Of a DNA stretch of 64,000 nt, positions 25,518-37,000 are shown in pieces. Position 1 is the first letter of the stretch. The number at the start of each line of letters is the position of its first letter. Source of the stretch: Ranitomeya imitator. Its lineage: Eukaryota. The stretch lies in the NCBI RefSeq assembly GCF_032444005.1, contig NC_091291.1, forward strand, positions 18,104,001-18,168,000, in the 5' to 3' direction. The notes under the pieces were generated by a model that was not told the origin of the DNA, ran no database searches, and was given only the letters and a program-made list of their open reading frames with translations. A program made the translations under genes and the position numbers.

Positions 25518-28500
25518 TATATAAGGATCTGCTGCTAACGTCTTTGTGCCAAATATCACAGGACACTTCAAGAATCTCATGGAATCCAGGCCTTCACGGG
25601 TCAGAGCTGTTCTGTCGGCACAGAGGTCTACACACTATTAGGCAAGTGAAGTCTATGTTATGGCCGACTCGTGAATAATACATCTAGGCTGGATATGTAG
25701 GTTTTAGCCCCTGAAATCTACAATTGTTGTGACCGTACCTTTACAAGATGGTTGCAGATTAATACCATACCGATTCAGGAACCAGAGTTTATTTTTTTCA
25801 TCACCTTCTGCAGTGGATATGCCAGTTTTCTAGTAGAGATGTGAATTGGCTCAGTACTCTGAGGTCCAGCAGCCACGTCAGTGATCTGTGACCGTTGGAT
25901 GTGAGCCCTGTGAACTGCCTCCTACGTGCCGGCATTTGTGTCTCTTCTTCCAGTTAGCAAGACTGACGTGAGGTCATATGACATTGCGCCAACTAATCAA
26001 AATAGTAGCTGAGAATACAGGGCAAGTAGGAGGCAGCTCACACGGCTCTCGTCCTAGTATACAATAACGCACAATATTCTACGAGCCAGTGGCCAAGCAG
26101 TCAGCTCTTCCAAAAGAGGTCTGTGGGGGGAAATGCCAACCAGTGGAGTAAAGAAACTCTCGCCAAGCATCGACTTATCCAAACGTGATTATTTTTTTTT
26201 TTTTTTTTATTCTCTTTTGCTAATGCATTGTTAGTAATACCACATGGAGAATTAATCTAACAGGAGCATACTACAGAAGGCTTTATTACAAAAGAGCCTG
26301 GTGAAGTGTTACAGCAGAGAGTACATTTGGAAGGTTGGTTGAGCGAGACAGAACTTTTACAAAGTTAATTGTCCATTCGTTGGCAAGTGTTAGTCCTCAA
26401 CCTCCTAAACAGATGCCGTTTCGCTCCACTGAGCGTGGGTTTCCACATCCACTTATGGACTAGCAATTGTTCTGAAGCTTCCCTTTGGTTGGGTAAGTAA
26501 CAGATGGTGTAAGCTCTAGCTTTCCGGGTAGCTTCATCACCCTCCGGCTGTAGAGTCTCTACCCCGTTTATACTTTCTTTCCCTTGAGGATTTTTTTTTC
26601 TTTCCACCTTCAAAAAGGAATTTTTGTCCCATGAGGTTCTAAAGTCAACACAAAACATGGTCTTCATCTAACAGAGAAACGCGTCAGGTTCTTTAGAGCT
26701 TATCCTCTCCGCGAAACTAAGCGTGGGTCCACAATATTCTGCTTCAATGATGGCTCACCATCGAGAGTAACAACGAGGCAATCTCTAATGTCTGTCGTTT
26801 CACAAGACGAGTATTTCTCCGTCACGTTTGGGGCTTTCGGAACAGAAAGTCTTCCACTGATCCAACCGTTTTTGGTTTATCACGGAAGGAAAGCAGGTTC
26901 TTACAGATCGAGACGCAAGGTTAGCAAGTGAGGTAACGTCTTTTTACGAGAAGAGACCGCTTTTTTTTTTCCCCCCCCCCAAACCCACCCTCCCTTTACT
27001 GTACACAATCCAAATTTAACATTTCCATGGAAGACAAAGAAGGTTTCTCGTAAAAGGAAAAAAATAAACCCAAAACAATCACAAATGGGTAAATATGCAC
27101 AATGGAGAGAACAGATACATCAGATTTCAGTATTCGGTGGTGGAAAGAGGATTTCTACAAGACGACGACTTCTGATTATTGCAAAAATACATACAGACAC
27201 TGCACTTTTCACCCTGAGGATAGAGGTTCAGAAACAATTTTCAGAGCGTCCCCTTGTGGTGAGAGACGCTCAGCGACTTTCCTTCTGCAGTAACATGTAG
27301 GAGCAGTCGTATGTATGCAAACAATCTATTCCCCAATTGTCTCTACATTCATCACTAGTTTTGTCATCTGAGCTTATCGAAAAAAATAAAAATAAAAACG
27401 GAGGCGCAAGGCAAAATTAGTTTAATGCCTCCTTGCAGTCTTTGGTGTCAACTCCTGATGATTTGCTCTTATGGATTGGCTTAAATTGGATCCACGAGGG
27501 GCTAATATTAAAGGGGGTTTCGGAAAACCCCTCTGACCCAGCTGCAGGGGGTTTACTGAAATCCCCTTTAAAAGGGCTCCTTCAATGAAAATCTCAGAAG
27601 TATAAACTCCTAGAATTCAACGTTCACAGGTTGTTGTTGTTTTTTAAAGCAAATCTGTTCAAAAATTTATTGGAAAACCAATCCTACAAGAAAAAAAAAA
27701 AAAGAAAAAAAACTTTGAAAAACTTTCCAAAAAGTAGTATTTTCTGCTATGTAGAAACATGACCGCTGTAGCCAATCACTGACTATATCTGGAGACGTGT
27801 TGACACTTAAAAGTCAGCGATTGGCAGCAGCGTAGAGATGGGAGAAAGGACTAGGAAAGGTAATGAGGTGAATATTACACTTTTTCTTATTTTGTACAAT
27901 TCTAAGCAGTTTAAGAAAAAAAATAATAATCATGAGGTTTAAGACCCCCTCTGGAGAAAGAGGATGGGTGCAGACTTGCAGAATATAAGACACTCTTCAA
28001 TCTCCTGTGAAAATGAGATGTAAAACAACCTCTTTGCTTTTAACAGCTGCTTATCTTGGCTCAGGCAGCTTTGAACTATCACTGGTCAGCAGTGGACTTT
28101 CAGTTTTGCAGCATCCTGTAAAGCGAGATGCTTTCTGCTGACCTCTAGTGGTCAATATGAAAACTGCGCAGTTAGAAGGGAAAAAACAGGCTATTTTAAA
28201 ACTAAGACTTTATGCGGATAGTGTTCTCTCGGGATAAAAAAAAATAAAAAATACTGGCACGTACAGATAACGAGGTCACTGCTTTAGAGTAAATTTTAGA
28301 AGCAAAGATATTAACTCTTTATACTCGGTCTACATAAGCGTCTCATAATATCGTCATTCCTAACAGATTTCCAAGTGTTCGTTCTGCTACTAATAATAAC
28401 TCTGTGACTCAGAATATAATGTAGTGTCGGAGCCGATCCCCGGAATATGGGCCTTCATTAGTCGTGCAGAAGACAAGAGCTGTCTTATACTATAACTACC

Positions 28501-28672
28501 ACATACAGCGATACTCTGGCGCTGCAAACTGGCATGGATGTTATATTAGCGGGGCCTAGTGTGCATGAGGAAGGAGCTGCACAGACGGCGGGAATGTGTC
28601 TGATCATGGAAAATCCGAGACTTCGGATGGTTAATATACAAGATAATAGCAGATTCAGTCATTTTCAATATA

Positions 28673-29622
28673 CAGTGTGCCCGTAAAGTCATGGTGCACT
28701 TTTGACGAGTCATAGGATCTATTCATAGTTTATATTTAGGCGTCCTTTCTCCTGTGCCTAATCATATCAGACCTGTTCATGAGAGAGCTAACAAGAACCA
28801 AATCAAACACAAACTCATTTAAGATGTTGCTGAGCCACCAGACAGATTAACCCCTGATAAACTGAACTCAGCAGTGTGGTGTTCCATGCCAGTTGAGATG
28901 TGGACGGTACAGAGGAAAGTCCGGTGTATTGCAAGATTTTTGCAGAAGATTGTGTTTAGCGATGAGGTGACCTTCCCCCATCTGTGGACATGTTCATCGC
29001 CGTAATGTCAGAATATGGGCTGCTGAACATCTTCATGCCTACGTTGAGTAGGCACCTAAAGTAAATGTGTGGTGTGGCCTGATGCATGATAAGGTGATAG
29101 GCCCATATTTTTCTTGCGGAACGGTCTGTGACGGCAAACACGTTTCTTAACATGTTGGAATTGTATGCAGTGCCACAATTTCCAGAAGGTGTCATCTTTC
29201 AACAGGATGGCACTCCTCCACACTACGTCACCATTGTTCGTGAGTATCCGGTGGCGGTGGATAGGCAGGGGTTCTATCAAGCCATGGCCACCACGATTCC
29301 CGGATCTGACGCCATTAGACTTTTACGGTTATGTGAAGCAACATGTGTACATTGAACGTATCAACGAAATTAAATCGCTTAAAACAGAGAATCGCAGACG
29401 TTATTCACTCTTGCACCAGACGTCCTTACCCGTGTGTGGCAAGAACCTCACTATCGTTTCGATGTGTGTAGGGCAACAAATGGAGCCCACTTCAAACTGC
29501 ACTGAATAGGTACGAAACTGGGAGAGTTTTTCTTTTATTTGGAGCAGATTTCACATTTCTATCTTTTTTTGTTGCTTTCCAGTGACTGGTCAAAAGTGCA
29601 CCATGACTTTACGGACACACTG
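28673..29622 (+). mobile_element. Internally deleted Tc1/mariner element (maT/rosa-like WPPRxPDLTPLDF motif), 950 bp
   Basis: 40-bp TIR CAGTGTGCCCGTAAAGTCATGGTGCACTTTTGAC, TA on both sides; fragments FSDEVTF, KVNVWCGL, FQQDGTPPHY, WPPRFPDLTPLDF. Confidence 0.85.
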
Positions 29623-29755
29623 TATATCTTCATGGTGAATTTGCAGACATTTGTCTAATGTGACTTGTGTTTTCAGGTGTGAACGCCATTTTACATACAA
29701 AATAGATCCACAACAAGACACTTTGTAATTTCATTACATATTCTGAATTAGACTG

Positions 29756-30062
29756 AATTATACTCCGGAGCTGCACTCACTATTCTTCTAATGGGTCACT
29801 GTGTACATACATAACATTCAGGATCAGTAATGTATGTACCCAGTGACTGCACCAGCAGAATAGTGAGTGCAGCTCTGGGGTATAATACAGGATGTAACTC
29901 AGGATCAGTAATGTAATGTATGTCCACAGTGACTGCATCAGCAGAATAGTGAGTGCAGCTCTGGGGTATAATACAGGATGTAACTCAGGATCAGTAATGT
30001 AATGTATGTCCACAGTGACTGCATCAGCAGAATAGTGAGTGCAGCTCTGGGGTATAATACAA
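29756..30062 (-). repeat. 86-bp satellite array 2 (short, mostly reverse orientation)
   Basis: One forward partial monomer (29756-29815), then about 3 reverse monomers. Confidence 0.9.
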
Positions 30063-30071
30063 GTATATATT

Positions 30072-30138
<67 letters not shown>

Positions 30139-31840
30139 TTTTTGCTATATATGAACTGTAAACAGCTAATGTAGAATTTTTTTTTTTTAATACTTCCATA
30201 TTATATTCTGAAGTCTTTCCAATTAGTATAACGTTGCCTCTTATTCTTATGAATAATAATAAAAAAAAATCCTTCCAATGATAACATCAAACCATTTGTT
30301 TTTTTTTCTGGTTGTTATGGACAATAAAGCCCATTCTGTTTAGTCAAGGACCACGAGCACAAATCATCATGAGACTCCATTGACTGCAGTAATAAGCGCA
30401 AAGCGACAAAACGGTGCGAATGCAAAGGAGCTTCACGCTTTTGGCAAAACAAAAATGGATAACACCCCCCCATCCACCCCCCCTCCTTAATACATTAGAT
30501 TTATGTGTCTTTCTGCAGGTTAGACAAGTCATATGTACAAATATGTATTAGTAAAAAAAAAATATATATATGAACTTTATAATATTCACTCACATAAGTA
30601 ACAACCTAACAATTCAGTTTTTTTTTTTTTACCCCCTTGGATGTAAGGTTTAACCTCTGTCTATAAACTTTAAAAGGCAGCCATTTTATTTGCCGGAGCC
30701 CATACACCACAATGTTAATCTACCAGGAGCTAGTGATGGTATTGAGGCACAAAGATGAGAATTACCTGACTAGTTCCTGATCAGATTGGGGCAAAAAGAA
30801 AAAAAAAATGGCTACCTTAACAGTTTGTAGACAAAAGTTAGATAAATAAATATTAGTCATAATAATACTGCTGAAATGGGAAGCACTTATGTGATTAATG
30901 ATGCAAAGTAACAAGATTGAAGTTTTTTTTTATTTCGAGGGAGGGCAGATCTTAGTAACAGTCCACAAAAATAAACAATATACAGGAAAAAAATAAATAA
31001 AATCTAAGCTTCATAGGACAAGCGCACCAATGCCCGAAAAGGTGTCGCCGCTACATTGACGACGTTTTTTTTGGAAAACAGTTGAAGTTTAGTAACACAT
31101 TACTAAAATCCCCATTGGGCGGCTGCGCTTTCTTGGACTATCGGGGAGAAGGGTATAAAAACGCTCCAGTATTGAGTATCATCTTTTTTGGGAAGCAATA
31201 ACGATATGCCGAAGGATTCATACAAAAGATCCAAATGGCAACCAAGTCGCTCCATCGAGAATTTGAGAGTCTCATCATGTTAACAGGGCAAGAAGAGCGC
31301 TATATCCTGCAAAAGAAAGAGTTTGAAACTCCAGATGGAGCCGTAAATCTCCAAGAAGCAACCAAGTTATAGACTTAAAAGTCATTTGTGTTGCAGGAAT
31401 CATTACATATTATACCTTCCTTTCCCAAATTTTCTATTCCTATCGATTTCTTCCAGCATAAGGCTGTGAAAAATGAAGTGGTTTTGCCGTTGTAATCAAG
31501 TTTGAACAAAGATTTATAGGGTCACAAGCCATCTGGGCATTACACGAAAAAGGACATTGATTTTAATGGTTGCAAGACCTTATATCTCCTGTTGGAGTGC
31601 TGTAGGGAAACTGAACACTTTTTCCCAGGATTTTTCAAGTGATCACTAGGAATTTTCAGAAGCGAAACACGATGTCACCAACTTATTGTCAAAGTGATCG
31701 CTTTGCGAATACAGGGGCTGTCCAAACCATTCAAATTTTATCTTAATAGAACTTAATAGTCTATGGATATCTGACACTTTTCAATAAATATGTGAACTTT
31801 CACTTTTAATTAGCATAACATATTTAAGAGTCAGATTGAC

Positions 31841-31881
<41 letters not shown>

Positions 31882-32444
31882 GGTCATTTTCTGTATGTCG
31901 GGAAAAGACCAGGAAATTCGCAATACTGACGTTTTCCCTTTTGGTTTCGTTACTTTTTAAGAAGGTTGAACAAAGTGGACAACCTGTTTAAAAGTACTGC
32001 TATCAAGAGAAAAGGGGTTGCGAGAACCTTCCACTGAAAAAAAAAAAAAGGATGCTTTTCAGTCAACCTGTCTTATTGGATTTTATTTTCCTGTTTTCTG
32101 CAACTGGGGTCATAGTTGCCAACATTTATGGGGTAAGGGGAAAATTTAAAGTGTCACCGTCGTTTTAATTTTTATACCGTAAATCGATAGTACGTATGAA
32201 AATAGGTAACTTTGTAATATATGTTAATCAGAGAAATCTGCTCCTTTATCCTCCTGGACTGAGCTTTCACTTTCAATTCATGGGTAAAATCTGTAGTCAG
32301 TGAAGGCAGATTCTTATTACGGGGAAAGAATTTTAAACAAACCCAACTGTCATATCGTATGGAGGGGAGGAGCTAGAGGCAGACCCATACATTCCGCTGC
32401 AAGTTCTCGTGAAATGAGTTACACTTTAAGTCCCGCCCTCTTAA

Positions 32445-32617
32445 CCCCACCTCTTCCTGAGAACAGCCCCACCTCTTCCTGAAACCAGCCCCACCTCTTC
32501 CTGAAACCAGCCCCACCTCTTCCTGAAACCAGCCCCACCTCTTCCTGAAACCAGCCCCACCTCTTCCTGAAACCAGCCCCACCTCTTCCTGAAACCAGCC
32601 CCACCTCTTCCTGAAAC
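32445..32617. repeat. 22-bp minisatellite (CCCCACCTCTTCCTGAAACCAG)x8
   Basis: Direct tandem repeats. Confidence 0.95.
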
Positions 32618-34016
32618 GACTAGAAAAAAACAAAACGCTCCCAGCCAAAAAAAAAAAAAACACATAACAGCTGGCAACTATGGCTGATGTTAGTCTTAAA
32701 ACAGCTACTGCTCTCCATCCCTTATATAAATATCAGCTAAATTCTGCTAACACTAGTTGGCCAGTCCATATGTCACCCCCATTCAAGTCAAGGACCGAGT
32801 ACAACTATATAGAAGTCGCCCCCTGGTGGTGGCAACAGCAACTTTGCATAAAATGTTTTCTTTGTCCTAAATAAGCAAAGCGCCAGAGTCTACGACAAGC
32901 CTACGAGAAGCTTCCTATAGGTCTTGGCACGTGATCGTGTAGGAGCAGAGCAGGTGCGTCACGGTTATGACTGTGGTTAAGAATCGGAGGTCAGACACAA
33001 AAGGAGATAAGAGGCAATGCAAAACCGACTCCTATATAAATGCTAAAGTAAAACTCGTATAATAAACACATAAATAAGACAATACGTACGTATATAACTT
33101 GTCACCTTCAAATTCATACAGCAAAAATAAAAAATAAAAAGTTATGAGACGAGGAGAAACGTCATCACGTAACTTCGAAAGGCAAGCTGCCAGGATATGG
33201 TCGTAGCTGCCGACGTATCCCTACTATACCAACAACAAAAGAGACGCCTATAGTGAGGGTTTCAGTGTGAAACTTAGAGCAAAAAACAAGAGACAGATAT
33301 AAAAATAAATACGTAAAAATAAAATAAAAAAAATTCTTAAATATATATTCTGCCCATGGAAGCGGGAAAAAGGAACCAAATCATCCATAAACTGTAAAAA
33401 AATTTAAAAAATGACACGCCGCTGTGACTGTTACAATAGTCGAATAGCTGTGCGTATAATCCACTCTATATAGATAAGTGCTTCCCATGTCATTTCATAC
33501 TTATTGTTATTGAGTGGTTTCAGAATTAGAAAAACATGGTCGTTTAAAGAAAAAACAAAAAACAAAATAAACAGCACCACCCCTGTCCTACAGGTGGCGG
33601 GCGGTACTGCAGCCCAGTACTGGAGCTGAGCTACAATTCCAGACAAGCCATAGACCGGGGGTCAGAGCGAATTTTTGGAAGAAAGCAGCCATGTTTTTCC
33701 AATCTTGGACGACCCATTTATATTCAATATATTCATCTCATCAGAGTTACGACTCCGGAGTCTTTCTGGAGAACCGGCGCCATCAACTTTTTCTACCAGG
33801 TTAGGATTTTCTTATTTTTTTTCCCTCCTAAAAGGCATTTGTAATTGTACAAAACAGTCTGCCATCGTGATGACATGTCAGAAGTAAAGCCCACCTTGCA
33901 AAGCATAAGACTATGGCCAATCTCAAATTTCAGGTCCAATTCCATACTCCGCGAGGCCTTACGGAGACCTTAAATCGCTACCAATATCACATATACGATA
34001 ATTTTTCATGCGGCGT

Positions 34017-37000
34017 CTATACAGCATTCCTTTCTTCTTCCGTCCCTGAATTTCTGCCATCCATCAGCTCTTGATTTGGTCTCCAGCAGAACTGTACACC
34101 GTGATGAGGAGGGTTGACCTTGGCGTGCTGCTTTTTGTGAACAGCAAGATACCCTTGGTGAAGGAAGCTGTCTCCGCACTCCAAGCAACTGTACAGGGGT
34201 TGGAGGTCGTGCGACTTTTGGTGCGCCACCAAATTTGACATGAGGTTGTAGCGCCGTGGGCATTCGGTGCACTTGTAAGTACGCTTGCCTCGAGGAATTA
34301 TTCGTTTTTCCTTGACGTCATCATTTGACTCCGATTTCCGAGGACGGCCTCTGGCTCTGGGTGCCGCGTACTCTGCGCTTTGAGTAGCGTCTACGGTAAT
34401 CTCTTGCCCTACGTGACTCTTCAAGTGATACAACAGGTTGGACTGTTGGCGAAACCGTTTGCCGCAGCATTGGCAGGCGTACGGCATCTCTCCGGTGTGA
34501 GTGCGTAAGTGGATCATCAGACTGGTGCGTTGACTGAATTGACGGTTGCACTCGTGACAGTGGTATGTCCGCTCACCGGAGTGGATTCGTTGGTGGACTA
34601 ACAGGTTGGACTGGTGAGTAAAAATTTTGTCACAGGCAGGACAGTGGAACTCTCCTTTTGGTCCATCAGGAGGTGAAGCGGCTGCAGTTTCGTTCTTAGT
34701 ATTCGTTTCAAGGTGGACCCAAGGATGGGCTTGCCCTGGGGAGGCCTCCATGTCGGAGCTCATGCTTGGCTCCATAGTAGGGTCTAGTCTAGGAAGCAAT
34801 GGAGAACTTGGCAAGCTCTCCGCAGTACAGTTTAGCTGCCCTTGCACAGTGTTCGTCTTTATGTGATAAAGTAGGTTGGACTGCTGCCGGAAACGTCTCC
34901 GACACTGCAAACAAGAGTACGGCATCTCGCCAGTATGAGTCCTTAGGTGCACCATCAGACTGGTGCGCTGACTGAACTGTTTGCCACACTCAAGGCAGCG
35001 ATAGGTCTTGTCTCCTGAGTGAATACGTTCATGGACCAAGAGGTTGGATTTATGAGTAAATGTTTTGAAGCAGCTGCTGCACTTGTACGTGCTTTCAGGC
35101 GAGGACGAGGATGAGGTGCCGTTTACCTCCAAATTATCGGAGACGCACTCACTACTGGAGGCGATATCACCTAGGTGGATAGTTTGAGGTCCCTGAAACA
35201 GCTGTCCGTTGTGATTGTGATGCATCTGGTTCCCATCGAATGGTAGAAAACCAGACCGGATCTGGACAGTGTTCGGGGTTGGACTCATTCCTAAAGCCTG
35301 AATGCTTTTCCCGTTTAGCTGTTCTTTAATTGCAAGCTTCCGTGGACGAGTTATGAGTTCGTCCCCGAGAACGTCCTCGTGATTTTTCAGATGTTGGATC
35401 AAATTTGACTGCTGTCTGAATCTTTTCTCACAAAGCCAACACTGGAAGGGCTTTTCCCCCGTGTGTATACGCAAGTGAACGATTAGGTTTGACTTATTGT
35501 TGAAGTGCCTTGGACATTTCCAGCACTTATGTATTGCTTTTCCTGCCATGGAGGACCCGGCTGGAGTCTGTCCGTGACCTAACCAAGTAATTTTTCTTGG
35601 TCTTCCTCTTCCTAGCACGTGGAAAGGACCTTTTGAAGATCTTCCCTCTCCTGGCTGTCTTCCAACTCTTTGATAGGAAATGCCGTGTTGTGGCTGTGGA
35701 ATTAGGTTGGACTCGAGGCTATTCAGCATCCCAGACACGTTGCCTTCGGATCGTGCAGCCATCTTAAAATGTTGAGGAGGGTAAGTGTCATGTTCCTGAC
35801 GAGGAGACAGCATGTTCTCAGGGTACGCGTGTGGAAGGGCTCTGTTAATGGGGTATGAGACCTGAATTTCTCTGCAATGCATGAGAGCGTTGGACTGCTC
35901 TACATGAAGCTTTTGATGTAACAAGAGGCTATGAGAGCTCGGGAACCATTTTGAACACTGGTTACATTGGTAAGCCCTGACTTGATTTTCTTCAATTCGC
36001 CCACCACCAATGTTTATCATCTGCGAATTATCTCGCTCAAGATATTGACCTGAAGGTCCAATCAGATGCCCAGACATCTTTGTGGACTGCTCATTTTCGG
36101 TGCTCACGTTGGGTTTTGGTTCGGCTGTCAAAGAATGGCTTTTCATGTGGTAGAGAAGGTTTGACTGTTGGCGAAAGCTCTTCCCGCACTGGAGGCAGGA
36201 GTAAGGCATCTCTCCGGTGTGACCCCGTAAGTGAACCATCAGGCTGGTCCTTCTGGTGAAATGCTTGCCGCATTCTTGGCAGCGATACGATCGGTCTCCG
36301 GTGTGGATGCGCTGATGAACCATGAGGTTGGACTGATGAGTAAATCGCTTAAAGCAGTGTCCACACACGTAGGGCCTTTTACACGATTCTGGATCTTCTG
36401 CCTTGTCCCCTTTAACCAACGGGACTTTGTTGCTCCAAACTTCGCTACTGGATTCATCCGCTTCGGAAATCAGATACATGAAAGGAATACCTGGGGCCGT
36501 GTTTTCTTCGCTCCAATCCACCCCGTCGAGTTCCTCCACTCTTTGATGACTCTTCATGTGGTGGGTAAGGTTAGATTGCTGTCGAAAGCTCCTATTACAT
36601 TTGTTGCAAGGAAACGGTGCTTCTCCAGTATGAGTCCGTAGATGGACGGTCAGACTGGTACGCTGGTTAAATTTCCTCCTACACACGTGACAAGAGAAGG
36701 GTTTCTCACCGGTGTGTATACGCAGGTGTGTTACTAACGATGACTGCTTGCAGAAGGTCTTATCGCACACTATACAGCGGTATCTCCTCCACTCCAAGAC
36801 TGGAGTTGACGACTGCTGCGGTTGGTGATCAGGACGCCCCTGTTCGTTCCCGATTACTTGGAATTTCTCTTGGTTGTGGGATTCTTGATGCTGCAAAAGT
36901 TCAGAAAGATCTTGAAAGACGAAATTACAGAACGAGCACTGAAACAGTCCCCAAAACCTCTGGTTTGGTTGTTCTGTAGAGCCAGAATCTTTTCTTCTGG

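Noticed and set aside
31154-31372. TATAAAA followed by a 45-codon smORF (31235-31372)
   Set aside because: An upstream out-of-frame ATG intervenes, there is no recognisable motif or poly(A) signal, and such ORFs are expected by chance.
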